A stretch of DNA of 63,914 nt, the filler included, from Pirum gemmata (lineage: Eukaryota), in the NCBI GenBank assembly GCA_002812295.1. It is 16 parts of 16 records of this genome, joined end to end, with 100 filler letters (N's around TTAATTAATTAA, not from the genome) between each part and the next. Parts side by side here need not be neighbours in the genome. Positions count along the whole stretch, not along the records: positions 36,774 to 40,421 come from PDIN01002193.1; positions 40,522 to 44,142 come from PDIN01002194.1; positions 44,243 to 47,828 come from PDIN01002195.1; positions 47,929 to 51,542 come from PDIN01002196.1; 12 more parts are not named here. The stretch is one strand, 5' to 3'. The notes below the pieces were generated by a model. That model was not told the origin of the DNA. It made no database searches and was given only the letters and a program-made list of their open reading frames with translations. Of the stretch, positions 37,017 to 48,152 are shown in pieces. Made by a program: the position numbers and the translations under genes. Each line of letters opens with the position of its first letter. Position 1 is the first letter of the stretch.

Positions 37017-40000
37017 ATGCCAAGATCAGCACCACCGGCGCCGCCGTTAGACGCAAAACCAAAATTAATTACAACTCCTAAACCAACTTTAGCATCCATT
37101 ATGTCACCTCAATCAAAATTACAAACACCTAATGAAATTAATGAAAAGACTCCTCGCCTGCTATACATTGATTACGATTTAAAGAGTGAGCAGTATTATC
37201 AACAAGTACTTTCCACTTTTCAAATTATATGCTCTGCGGCTGTACAACCCAATCAACCAAGGAAAGGAATTATAAGTTATGCGCTTTGTAAATCAAAAAA
37301 AAAGGAAAACGAAAATAACAATAAATTGCATTTTTTGGAAAGTTTTTTAGACTTAGAGAGTCAAATAAACCATTTAACTGAAAACGAAGGAGAATCTATA
37401 GTTGAAATGTTCGCAGAAAAATGGATTGGATCTAATGGGGGCATGGCAGTCGGGATTTCTAAAAATGAGGAAACTTTAAAACAAGAACTACTTTTAACTT
37501 TGGGCTTAATTTTTTCTAATTCCGAACGTGCAGGAAATTTTATCGTCAATTCTGAGACCCTCAATTCCAAGAAATATAAAAGATGGCCAACAATGCGACC
37601 GAAAATGAATGCGGGTTGCTTTTTTGAGTTTAGAATAAAACCCAAAAAGGAAACAAGCCATAGTGAATTGATGCAGAGCTGTCATAATTTTTTGTCATTT
37701 GGTCCAGATATGACAGTTTCAATACTAACCTGTCTTGTTGTTGAAAATCCTTGGTGGTCTTCTTCCAAAGATTCTGGTGAAATCGGTATGTATTTATTAA
37801 CTGCTTCAGTAGAATACTTTAAAAGTAACTTTACGAGGTCAAAATGTGAAAAAGTGGTAAGTAAATGTGAGTCAATTAGCCTTATTATTACCACCGAAAG
37901 TGAAACTTGGAATGGGGATCATTTAAATGAGTTATTAGAATATTGGGAAGATTCCGGAATTTTTTGTAGAGAACAGCGGGAGGTTGTAGCGGGATTTTTA
38001 TTGAACCCCTGCCACACCAAAAATTGGCCTAGCATAATAGATGAATATGAAAAGTCTTTAGTTAAAAGAGCGGATGACGTTCTTCCTTTTACTGTTCGTT
38101 ATCACATTGCAAAAGGTACTCCAGAAGCTTTAGTTATAAACGAAATCCCTCCTAAATCGTTACCCGACTGCATTATAATCCCACTTTTACATCTTTTAAG
38201 AAAAATAGCATTCGTGACTAGACATGACAACGAAGTTCCAATCGGTATGGTTTACGCCCAGCTGGCACGGCTAAAGAACCTTTTAAATGTTTCAAGAAAA
38301 TTGAACGATATGAAAGATGACTTTGAGTATTACGATGAAGAGCTAGATGATCAATTTAAAAGTTTTTTGGATTTTGTGGGTACTCTTGGTTTTTCTATGC
38401 CATCCTCTGGTCGAGTGCCAATTTATTTTGAAGGAATTGAACAGATTATTATGCTTTTAGAAAGCGAATACGGCAATGTCATTGAAAAAGGTATTTCTGC
38501 AAGAAAATCACCAGAAACACCTATTCCCTATATGGCTCTTCAAGAAGTATATAATATCGGAGACATTGTTACTACAACAGAAATAGGAGCTTTAGGAGGT
38601 GTCCCGATTGGCCTGTTAATTGTTGATTCTTATTTTGAACCTTATCGCTCCCTCGTTGGAGGGAGAAGATTTTCTTTTCGATTACAATTGGAAGCAGTGC
38701 TACCTTTATCGGGGGAATTTGTCTCAGTTAAATTTTTTCATATATTTGAGGAATGGAAGGGAGAGAAACTTGTGTCAAAACTTCCCTTTCAAAGATGCAT
38801 TGAAGGTTCCCCTACACATTTGGAGTTAAAGAATCGTAGTGTTCATGTTGAAAGTATCAATACGGGTACTTATTCTTATCACTATTATCCAGCGGGATGT
38901 TTTTTCCCTCATTTTAAAGGAAAATCACTTGGTGCAGCTTCAGCAGGGAATTCTAAAATGTGCTCTGGTCGTCTCGTTGTTGACACAGCTCGAGGAACAG
39001 ATTTAGGCCATGCGCCTGCTAATTCAAATGATAATTTAGGCGCCGAGATAAGTTTAACTATAAAACAATTAAAAAATGTTCAAAGATCAATGAAGGGCTC
39101 ATCGTCAATGAAATTAAAATCCGAAAAGCTGGTAGCTGCAGGACTTCGGGTTTGCACGAAGCTTTCAACTACTTCTAAACTTATATGTTGGCCAGCCGTG
39201 ATAGCATTTTCATTAACTACCAAGATTTGGGGGCATGTTCTTTTGGATTCTTTAACTCCTGTTAAACCCAGCATTGATGCATGGAATCAATTAGTTCTTC
39301 CTACTCGCACAAAAGAAATGTTATTGTCAATGGCTGCCACACCTGATGCTCCTCGTTATATGTATCAAGATATTGTTGAATCGAAAGGGGGTGGAGTATT
39401 ATTCTTATTATATGGCCCGCCAGGAACAGGTAACATTTCAAAATTAATAATTATTGCTCTAAATATTTATTCTAAATAGTTATTATTATTATTATTATTA
39501 TTATAAAAGTAATGTTTTTATAGATTATAATAAATAAATATAATAATTATTATCTTACATCAATTAAATATCCTATAATAATATATAATATAATATATAT
39601 TTTATATGTATAATAATATTAATTTAGATTATAGACAAATAAATTTAAATTATTCAAATTTTAAATTATAAATATATATATATACAATTATATAGGTAAA
39701 ACTCTCTCGGTTGAAGCTTTGGCGTCTAAATTCGGCAGACCACTCTATTCAATTTCCTTCGCGGAATTAGGTTCTTCGGTAGCTGAATTGGAAGAAAGAT
39801 TAACCGATGTATTAGCTTTGGCTGCAGAATGGAAGGCTTTGGTTTTATTGGATGAAGGTGATGCTTTGGTAGAAAAACGACAAAGAGGGCAATTCATGTT
39901 GAACAGTATGACTGGAGTTTTGTTAAGGCTTTTAGAATCTTTTGATGGGTGTTTGTTTATTACTTCAAATCGAGCTTCTTCTTTTGATCCCGCTGCTTTG

Positions 40001-40366
40001 AGTCGAGTAACTTTAGCAATTAGGTATGAACCATTAGACGATGAAGCCAGAAAGAAAATTTGGGAAAATACTTTAATTCGAATTTTGCAAAAAGAAAGAG
40101 ATATGAATGGTCTTTTAATTAAACGAAATGTAAAAGATATAAAAGCCATGGTTATTAAAAAGTTTAATTTAGATGAATTAAAAACCTTTGGAGGGAGTGG
40201 GAGAAGTGTTGGTGCAGTTATGAGATTAGCTATTGGATTGGCTCATCAAAGGCAATGTGAAATAAATCAGGATGTTATTAATGATGCAAGATTACAGTTT
40301 GAAGCCTTTTCTAAAGATTTAAAAGAGGACGGGGCTCTTGAATACGAAGAATCAAAACATCAATAA
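37017..40366 (+). CDS. Large AAA+ ATPase (two exons: 37017-39429, 39696-40366)
   Basis: Splicing restores Walker A YGPPGTG|KT. Also WNQLVLP, DIVESKGGGVLFLL, Walker B LVLLDEGD, LLRLLESFDGCLFITSNR and FDPAALSRV, a pattern typical of the AAA family expanded in fungi and some protists. Confidence 0.93.
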
Positions 40367-40521
40367 TAATGATAATATTAAATATACATTAAAATAATTA
40401 TAAAAATATATAATAATTGCANNNNNNNNNNNNNNNNNNNNNNNNNNNNNNNNNNNNNNNNNNNNTTAATTAATTAANNNNNNNNNNNNNNNNNNNNNNN
40501 NNNNNNNNNNNNNNNNNNNNN

Positions 40522-40552
<31 letters not shown>

Positions 40553-40684
40553 CATATAATTCATATTATGATTATAATAATATTATATTTATTATTTTTT
40601 AAAAAATACTAGCTAGACTACTACTAGCTAGCTACTACTAGCTAGCTAGCTGGTTCTGGTTGGTTTGATCAAGACAATAAAAAA

Positions 40685-40909
40685 TCTGAAGATGGAATTG
40701 AATCTAAAAGGGTAGTTTTGTCAACTAAGACATCTAGATTGGTATTTTTAGACCTTAAAATCATCGTTTGAGTCAATATTTTTTTTTTGATCCTTTATTT
40801 TGCTCAAAAAAAAAAAAGTATATCCAGATGTCGATTACAGGGTTTTAAATAACAATCTAGATGTCTTAGTTGACAAAAATACCCTTCTAGATTCAATTCC
40901 ATGTTCAGA
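40685..40909. mobile_element. Foldback/MITE with ~70-bp terminal inverted repeats
   Basis: TCTGAAGATGGAATTGAATCTAAAAGGGTAGTTTTGTCAACTAAGACATCTAGATTG pairs with CAATCTAGATGTCTTAGTTGACAAAAATACCCTTCTAGATTCAATTCCATGTTCAGA. Confidence 0.8.
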
Positions 40910-41161
40910 AAAAAATGAATCCTAATTTAGAAAAAAAAAAATTTGCCTTTTTTTTTCAGGGGAAATATCTAGATAGTCTAGATTTACTTTTATTTGCTTC
41001 AGTTTGGCTTTTGTGGCCTAAAGGTGGAATTCTAGTAATAGTAAGTATTAGCAACAAGGAAGAATAGCAAATTAGCGAATAGATATTAAAATTTTATAAT
41101 CGACATCAGCCAATAATATTCCAGAATCCAAATCGACATCAGCCATTAAGCACATGAAAGA

Positions 41162-41387
41162 AGTAGGGGTGAGATATCTACTGGAACTTTTTTCGAACAG
41201 ATGCTTATCGAGCCAACCTTAGTCCCATTTTCTTACTAATAATAGCAAATCAATAGCTTAAAATAGTAAATATAATATAGTGGATACCAATTAAAGTAAT
41301 AATATTAACATTAGTAGAATTAAAACTATAAAATCGGAAAAGTTCAGCTGTTCGGTAATAATAAAATGACGTCATCTCACCCCTACT
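41162..41387 (+). mobile_element. MITE family A, complete copy with 14-bp TIRs and 8-bp TSD
   Basis: AGTAGGGGTGAGAT...ATCTCACCCCTACT flanked by ATGAAAGA and ATGAAAGG. Confidence 0.9.
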
Positions 41388-41523
41388 ATGAAAGGTTACA
41401 AAAGCTTTTTTAATCTTGTAACTTCTTCAATGCCTTATTTTGGGGGTCTAGGAACTGCCAAATTGGCTGCGGCTTGCGGAATTATTGCCAATTTAAGGGG
41501 TCATTTACTTATAGGTGTCACTC

Positions 41524-41733
41524 CTAGGGTTAGGGTTAGGGTTAGGGTTAGGTTAGGGTTAGGGTTAGGGTTAGGGTTAAGGTTAGGGTCAGGGGTTAGG
41601 GTCAGGGTCAGGGTTAGGGTTAGGGTGAGGGTTAGGGTTAGGGTAAGGGTAAGGGTAATGGTTAGGGTTAGGGTTAGGGTTATAATAATAATAATAATAA
41701 TACTAATAATAGGGTTAGGGTTAGGGTTAGGGT
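41524..41733 (+). repeat. Interstitial (TTAGGG)n array with variants
   Basis: TTAGGG/TCAGGG/TAAGGG hexamers interrupted by (AAT)n. Confidence 0.9.
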
Positions 41734-41815
41734 TATTAAATATATAATGACGAATATTTAATGATATATTTGATTATTATTTATTAGCTCTTAATTTACA
41801 TTATGATGACAGAGT

Positions 41816-41852
<37 letters not shown>

Positions 41853-41919
41853 GGTTAGGGTGATTAAATATATTATGACGAATGTTTAATAATATATTTA
41901 ATTATTTATTATTTATTAG

Positions 41920-42221
41920 CTCTTAATTTACATTATGATGACATTGATTTCCAACATAAACTTGCTGATACCCATTGGTATGTTTCTGGTTATAAAATGA
42001 GTTACGAAGATCCGTTAACTAAAGAAGATCGACAACTATTCAGCGACATGTCACATAACGCTACCATGTTTCGTATTGTGGTTAAATCGAATTTGACTAG
42101 GCAATTATGTGATGATTTAATTGAAAAAATTGGGGAAACTTTGGTGTCTTTAGATGCTATGGATAAGAAGTTTACTCCGAGCTTAAAGAAATGTATTACT
42201 AATTATAGAGCAGCTTGTTAA
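41920..42221 (+). CDS. GAD: Glutamate decarboxylase (PLP-dependent group II), last exon
   Basis: TTATTAG acceptor, then DDIDFQHKLADTHWYVSGYKM..MFRIVVKSNLTRQLCDDLIEKI..AAC*, which matches the GadB/plant-type GAD C-terminal domain pattern. Confidence 0.72.
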
Positions 42222-43035
42222 GTAATTAGGTCTTAGGGGTTTTTAGTTGAGATCACCCTGATTTCAACTCTATGCTGATTACTAACCCCAGTTTTTGGTA
42301 ATAACACACCCTTTTCTATCCTCTATTGTGAAGATATGATTAATTTAATTTGGGAAATGTGGTTGTGTTTACATCCTCTATTGTGAAGATATGATTAAAT
42401 TATTTTAAGAAATGTGGTTGTGTTTAGATGCTATGGATAAAAGTTATCGAGTGACGCGAATTACAATTAATTCTTTCCTGTTACGTGACTTTTTTTAGAT
42501 AATGGCATAATAAACCATGAATAAAATAAAGGTTTTAGTGATAATATGACTTTTATTTGTAATAATAATGATAATAATAATAATAATAATAATCATAATG
42601 ATAGTAATTATAATGTTGATAATAATAATAATGATAATAATAATAATGATATTAATAATAATATTAATAAAATAATAATTTAAATAATAATAATGGTCGG
42701 GGTCGGGGTTGGGGTTGGGGGTTACAGTTACATTACGGTTGTGGTTGTGATGACGCTTATAGTTAAATTACGGTTGTGGTTGTGGTTGGGGTTGTGGTTG
42801 GGGTTGTGGTTGGGGTTGTGGTTGGGGTTATGGTTGTGGTTGAGGTTAGGATTAGGGTTAAGAGTTAGTATAAGAAACTGTGTTATTGGCATTTGATAAT
42901 AATAATAATAATAATAATAATAATTAAAAAAAATAATATCAATTGTGTTCATTTATTAGAATAATATTCACAGAATATTAAAACCAAGTAAAAGAAGTAA
43001 TACTTAATATACTCCATACAAAGTAATTATAAAAA

Positions 43036-44061
43036 TTAAAACACCATTGCTTCAATGGATTGCACAGCACCAGATTGAACCAACTCCTGATAACATTCCA
43101 TAGAATTTCTTTTATGATTAACCGGACCTTGTAAATCTTTTTGAAACATAGTATAAGAAACAGTGTTACCAGCAGTTTTAATGGATTTCACATTCATTTT
43201 TCCAACCAATTGTAACAATTTCTTAGTGTTATAACTTCCAGAAGTTAATTCCACTTTACTCCCTTTAAAATAGCATTCACTGTATAGAGTCAACGCAGGA
43301 AGCGCAGGAAGTGCAGGTAGGTTTGCTACATTGTTTTCAGCATTTTTGATGATTGCTGCAGCTGTTTCTTCTGCTTCAGAAATAAGTGCAGCAGCTTCTT
43401 CTTGGGCTTGTTGAACAATGTTTTCGGCTTCGGTTACGGCTTCTTCTTGACCCGCAAAACCAGGACCTTCTCCAATTAATGCCACTCTATTTACATAATA
43501 TTGGGCATCGTTTGGATTACCGTTGGCGTTGTTAATACCAATGGCTAACCAATAAAACTCTAAAGTACAACCATCACTACCACAAAATTCAGGTAATTCT
43601 GGTAAATCTATATCAGTTTGACAATTACTATTACCACAAAATTTCTTTACACAATTATCTTCGTAAAATATTTTTTTATTTCGGCCCTTTTTATTAATAA
43701 CATAAAAAGCACAAGGACCTTCATGATCAATAATAAACATGTCAAAATGTACTTTACGTGGGGCTTTTTGTGGGTTATTGTTAGTACGGTCGTTAAGTGC
43801 TTCTTGCTTGATATCTTTTTGTTCAAATAATTCTCGTAAATCATAACCATCAAAATCCATTTTAAATCTATTCATATTAGTATAAGGGTAATTGCCGTAC
43901 GAATCGCGCATTTCATGTTTCACATACTTCACGGGTTCAACAAAAAGCGGATCCCTCGCATGAGCTGGTCCGTTTAAATGAGGTACAGTTAGTACACCAT
44001 GACCGTAAGCAGAAGATATAGCTAAGGATAAAGTAAGTACTAGAGTGTTTGCCGCGAACAT
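43036..44061 (-). CDS. Secreted copper LPMO (AA17-like) fused to a beta/gamma-crystallin-like domain (341 aa)
   Basis: The signal peptide ending AYG exposes His1 (HGVLTVP). Then HEGPC, IFYEDNC, CGSDGCTLEFYWLA and QYYVN, an E/A-rich helical linker, and LTLYSECYFKGSKVELTSGSY..VKSIK. Confidence 0.82.
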   Translation of the reverse strand: MFAANTLVLTLSLAISSAYGHGVLTVPHLNGPAHARDPLFVEPVKYVKHEMRDSYGNYPYTNMNRFKMDFDGYDLRELFEQKDIKQEALNDRTNNNPQKAPRKVHFDMFIIDHEGPCAFYVINKKGRNKKIFYEDNCVKKFCGNSNCQTDIDLPELPEFCGSDGCTLEFYWLAIGINNANGNPNDAQYYVNRVALIGEGPGFAGQEEAVTEAENIVQQAQEEAAALISEAEETAAAIIKNAENNVANLPALPALPALTLYSECYFKGSKVELTSGSYNTKKLLQLVGKMNVKSIKTAGNTVSYTMFQKDLQGPVNHKRNSMECYQELVQSGAVQSIEAMVF

Positions 44062-44111
44062 TTTTTTTTTTAGTAGAAAAAATTTATAATACTATTATAT
44101 ATTTTTTTTTT

Positions 44112-44142
<31 letters not shown>

Positions 44143-44482
44143 NNNNNNNNNNNNNNNNNNNNNNNNNNNNNNNNNNNNNNNNNNNNTTAATTAATTAANN
44201 NNNNNNNNNNNNNNNNNNNNNNNNNNNNNNNNNNNNNNNNNNATTACCATTACCATTACCATTACCATTACCATTACCATTACCATTACCACTACCACTA
44301 CCACTACAATTACGATTACAGTTAACATTACCATTATAGATAATATAATGCAGAATAAACGATCAAAGAATATTCATGATATCAGAGGTCTAAAGTAAAT
44401 TTGAAATAAGAATGATGTTAATAGTAACAATTTATTTTAGTATAATAACGTAATAATAATACTTGAAATATATAATATATAT

Positions 44483-44772
44483 CCATAGGGACTAAAATAT
44501 AGAGCTAGCACGGATGACGCCATAATAATTCAGGTAGAGGAAAAGTAAATCCCTCTTTAATCAATTCTCATATGTACTATTGCCATTTTTGGATGTATAA
44601 GAGTAATTAAGAAGCGTCATAACTACTCTTAAGCTTTCCAATAATTAGTAATTTAATTTTGAGAGGGAAATTCTCTTTTCCTTAACCTGAATCAATATTG
44701 GCTAAGAAAAAGTAAAATAAAAAATATTACTGTAATGCCATGCGTGCTAGCCCTATACTTGAGTCGCTATGG
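44483..44772. mobile_element. Foldback MITE with CCATAG...CTATGG termini
   Basis: CCATAGGGACTAAAATATAGAGCTAGCACG pairs with CGTGCTAGCCCTATACTTGAGTCGCTATGG. The inner ATTCAGGT..GGAAAAG..TCCCTCT pairs with AGAGGGA..CTTTTCC..ACCTGAAT. TATAT lies on both sides. Confidence 0.75.
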
Positions 44773-46140
44773 TATATCCTTTATTTTATAGCATTTGACC
44801 TCTCTTTAATTGAATACTGTTTAAGTGTATGTGTGAACTTGTTTATAAAATACAACAATAATTATAAAATACCAAATTAATCAAATCGTGCCTGATAGTT
44901 TTACTATAATAATAATTTGGTATGTTTATTTAAGTTTTTGAACTGGACAAAACTATTGAAAAAAACGCGATACGTCTTAAAAGTTTTACTCACCTTTAGT
45001 ATTATAATCCAATCACATTTATAAATAAGCGTATTCTAATTTTATAATATATGTTATGACGTTAATTGGATTACAACCCTCAACCTCTGGTCCTCTGGTC
45101 CTCTGGATAGTTAAAACCATCCCAGATTACTATTAAAAAATATTCAACATTCAAAAGGAATAAGAGCTTATACTAATTTCCCATTTCCAAAAAATATGAC
45201 ATGATGAACATTTATAACTGAATTCCAATTTTATACATGCTGTAATATATATATATATATATTTGCAATTAGTATGAAATTGATTATTGAACTTTTTTAG
45301 AAAAACATTATAAACAATGTAAATAATAAAACATGTCAGATTGTTTAATATATATTGTTTGGTAGGTTTTTATTTGCTATAAATTAGTTTGAAATTGGTT
45401 ATTAAACTTTTTTTCTAAAAAAAAACATTATTAACATATAGACAGGTTTTTCCAACGTTGCTATGATGTTGCTAGTTGTTGGTTGTTGGTTGTTGTTGGT
45501 TTTTGGTTGGTTGCTGTTGGTTGTTGGTTGTTGATTGTTGATTGTTGATTGTTGGTTGTTGGTTGTTGATTGTTGGTTGTTGGTTGGTTGTTGGTTGTTG
45601 GTTGTTGGTTGTTGGTTGTTGGTTGTTGGTTGTTGGTTGTTGGTTGTTGTTGTTGTTGTTGTACAATTTCTTTTTCATAGTTTTTATTCTTCACCGTTTT
45701 TTCTATTAATATCTTCAATTTATTTACTTCTATTTATTTTTCGTATCTAACCAAATAAGGTTTGTAAAACTGATAAATTCACAAAATATTTCCAAATTTC
45801 ACATTTATTTATTTATTTCCGTGTGATATATAATTTGTTTGCATTCCCATAACTCAAATCAGAACCAAATCAGAAACAATTCAGCAAAAAAAAGTTGAAT
45901 CTTTCCATTGGTCATTTTATAATTAGATTTAAAAAAAAATACCTACAGCCAATATTAGATATCTGTTATAAATTTAGAATATGAAAATAATCAATAAAGC
46001 TTAAGGCTCATCAATATCTAAATATTTTTACTTTAGAATTATGATAACGAATGATAATTATAGTTTTCTCTGGAAGTCTAAACCTATTATATTTAATTTA
46101 TTTTATATTAAATTTTATTAATATACTAGTACTCGTTCTG

Positions 46141-47649
46141 TTATTTTTTACTACGTAATCTATCAATGTAAGCATCTACTTGAATTTTAAACTTTGAACG
46201 CAAGTAGTTGTGCCATTTTGAAAAGTACAAATTTTTTTGTGTAAAATTGGATATTACATGGCCTTTAAAGTTTTCATGGTCAAATTCGTAATACGTTCTT
46301 TTTCGAAAATGTGCAAGAAAACCATTTTTTGTTGTTTTATCTTTGTTGAATTCAGCAATTTTATGATCAATATTTATATTGGGGTAATGAACCAGAAAAT
46401 ACAACATACGATCGGTTTTCATAATCGGTTTTGGTGGCGTGGTGTCATCCTTAAAACATTTGGCTCGTTCCACTCTTAACATAGAATCATTATCAATCGT
46501 ATCTCCGTTGCAAGCTCCAAACCACTTTTCTTCAAAAATTATTGCATCATGATTTTTCGGCACCGCTTTATCTAGCAAATCAGTAACTTTGCTCACACCG
46601 TCAGGTAATACTAGATATTCGTCCACATCCCAAGCTGCTAAGTACCGTGTTTCGTGGGCATAACGTCTTAACACAGCATTTCCTCCAATATATTGCCCAA
46701 TACGGTACTGAGAACCTTTCCCAGCTAAGTATCGACCAGGTTCGACGTCATAATCGCGAATGCAATCCTTGCTTGGTGCCCAGACATAGGTAACGATACG
46801 ATTTTCAATGTATGAAAATAAGTAATCAAAAAGTTTTCCTTTAAAATCGTTGCCATTATCATAAATATAAAAATGTTCAAATCCAATCGCTAAATGGTAT
46901 TCTATCCAGCTTACAATTGATTCTTGATCTAGTTCTAAGTTCTCAGCAAACCCATTGGCGGTGTATGATACTTTAATCCGGACAAAAAGAGAAACTGCAT
47001 AAGGTTGCTTATCACCCGTTTCAATTTTCGATGGCAAAACACTACCATCATAAGCAGGGTGTTCACTATGGCAAACAGGGATGTCTTTAAAAGAACCACC
47101 TTTCAATTTCAGAGAATGCAAAGCAACAGTAAACCTTGTTGTTGCTGTTGGTTTCTGAACTAATGCTTGGTATTGTGCTGGTATGCTACAACGTATGACC
47201 ATTACAGCATTTGTCCACACCTTATCCCTATTGCTTGACCGCGGATGAACTGGATCTGTGTATGTAAAACTGCCATCAGGGAAAACGCATTTAAATTGAG
47301 TAATAACATCACCTTTACGATGGAAGTCTTGCTTATCTTTATATTTCTCCTCACAAGCACCAAGGTTAATTGTAACAAAGTAAAGATTTTTACCCTGGTC
47401 TGTCGCAAAAACTTCGCCTAAATGCGGTAATCCACTATCTGCGGATGGAGCTTCAAAGTCACGGTACAGGCAAGAATAAGCCACATGACTAAGTTTAAGT
47501 TGTTGTATCGGTGAATATGATTGAGTTGATTCAATTTCTTGTAAATGAGATAGAGTTTGTTTACTGAAAAAATATAATACTGCACAAAATAAAGCAATCT
47601 GTAGTCCTTTTACTTGAGAATATCGACTATGTATGTCAATTTTTCTCAT
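46141..47649 (-). CDS. Glycosyltransferase family 92 / DUF23-like type II membrane protein (502 aa)
   Basis: N-terminal signal anchor, SWIEYHLAIGFEHFYIYDN, DxD motif YLAAWDVDEYL, KPIMK..VHY and LAHFR. Confidence 0.85.
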   Translation of the reverse strand: MRKIDIHSRYSQVKGLQIALFCAVLYFFSKQTLSHLQEIESTQSYSPIQQLKLSHVAYSCLYRDFEAPSADSGLPHLGEVFATDQGKNLYFVTINLGACEEKYKDKQDFHRKGDVITQFKCVFPDGSFTYTDPVHPRSSNRDKVWTNAVMVIRCSIPAQYQALVQKPTATTRFTVALHSLKLKGGSFKDIPVCHSEHPAYDGSVLPSKIETGDKQPYAVSLFVRIKVSYTANGFAENLELDQESIVSWIEYHLAIGFEHFYIYDNGNDFKGKLFDYLFSYIENRIVTYVWAPSKDCIRDYDVEPGRYLAGKGSQYRIGQYIGGNAVLRRYAHETRYLAAWDVDEYLVLPDGVSKVTDLLDKAVPKNHDAIIFEEKWFGACNGDTIDNDSMLRVERAKCFKDDTTPPKPIMKTDRMLYFLVHYPNINIDHKIAEFNKDKTTKNGFLAHFRKRTYYEFDHENFKGHVISNFTQKNLYFSKWHNYLRSKFKIQVDAYIDRLRSKK

Positions 47650-48152
47650 GATAGACTATATGGTAAAGAAGGTTGAAGGTCAACAAGGAGCTACTAAAAG
47701 TGGTGATATAAAGAGTGATACAGCGAGTGATCAATGAAGAAGTCAATGAAGAAGTTAACGAGGATACTAATGGGACTATACTTAACGAATCAATGGAAGA
47801 ATAGTAAATTTAAATTATTATTATTATTNNNNNNNNNNNNNNNNNNNNNNNNNNNNNNNNNNNNNNNNNNNNTTAATTAATTAANNNNNNNNNNNNNNNN
47901 NNNNNNNNNNNNNNNNNNNNNNNNNNNNGTTAGGGTTAGGGTTAGGGTTAGGGTTAAGGTTAGGGTTAAGGTTAGGGTAAGGGTTGGGGTTAGGGTTAGG
48001 GTTAGGGTTAAGGTCAAATATTTAGTAAATTTTTGATCATTTAAAAATTGAAAATTTGTTATTCATATCAACAAATAAAAACAAGGAAATACTACCGCAA
48101 AACTAGCAACACCAGAGCTGTTTGGATCCATATTTTTAATAATACTCATTAC

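Noticed and set aside
41388..41747. 119-aa ORF as an upstream GAD exon
   Set aside because: It starts in a MITE TSD, runs into TTAGGG repeats and has no GAD motif.
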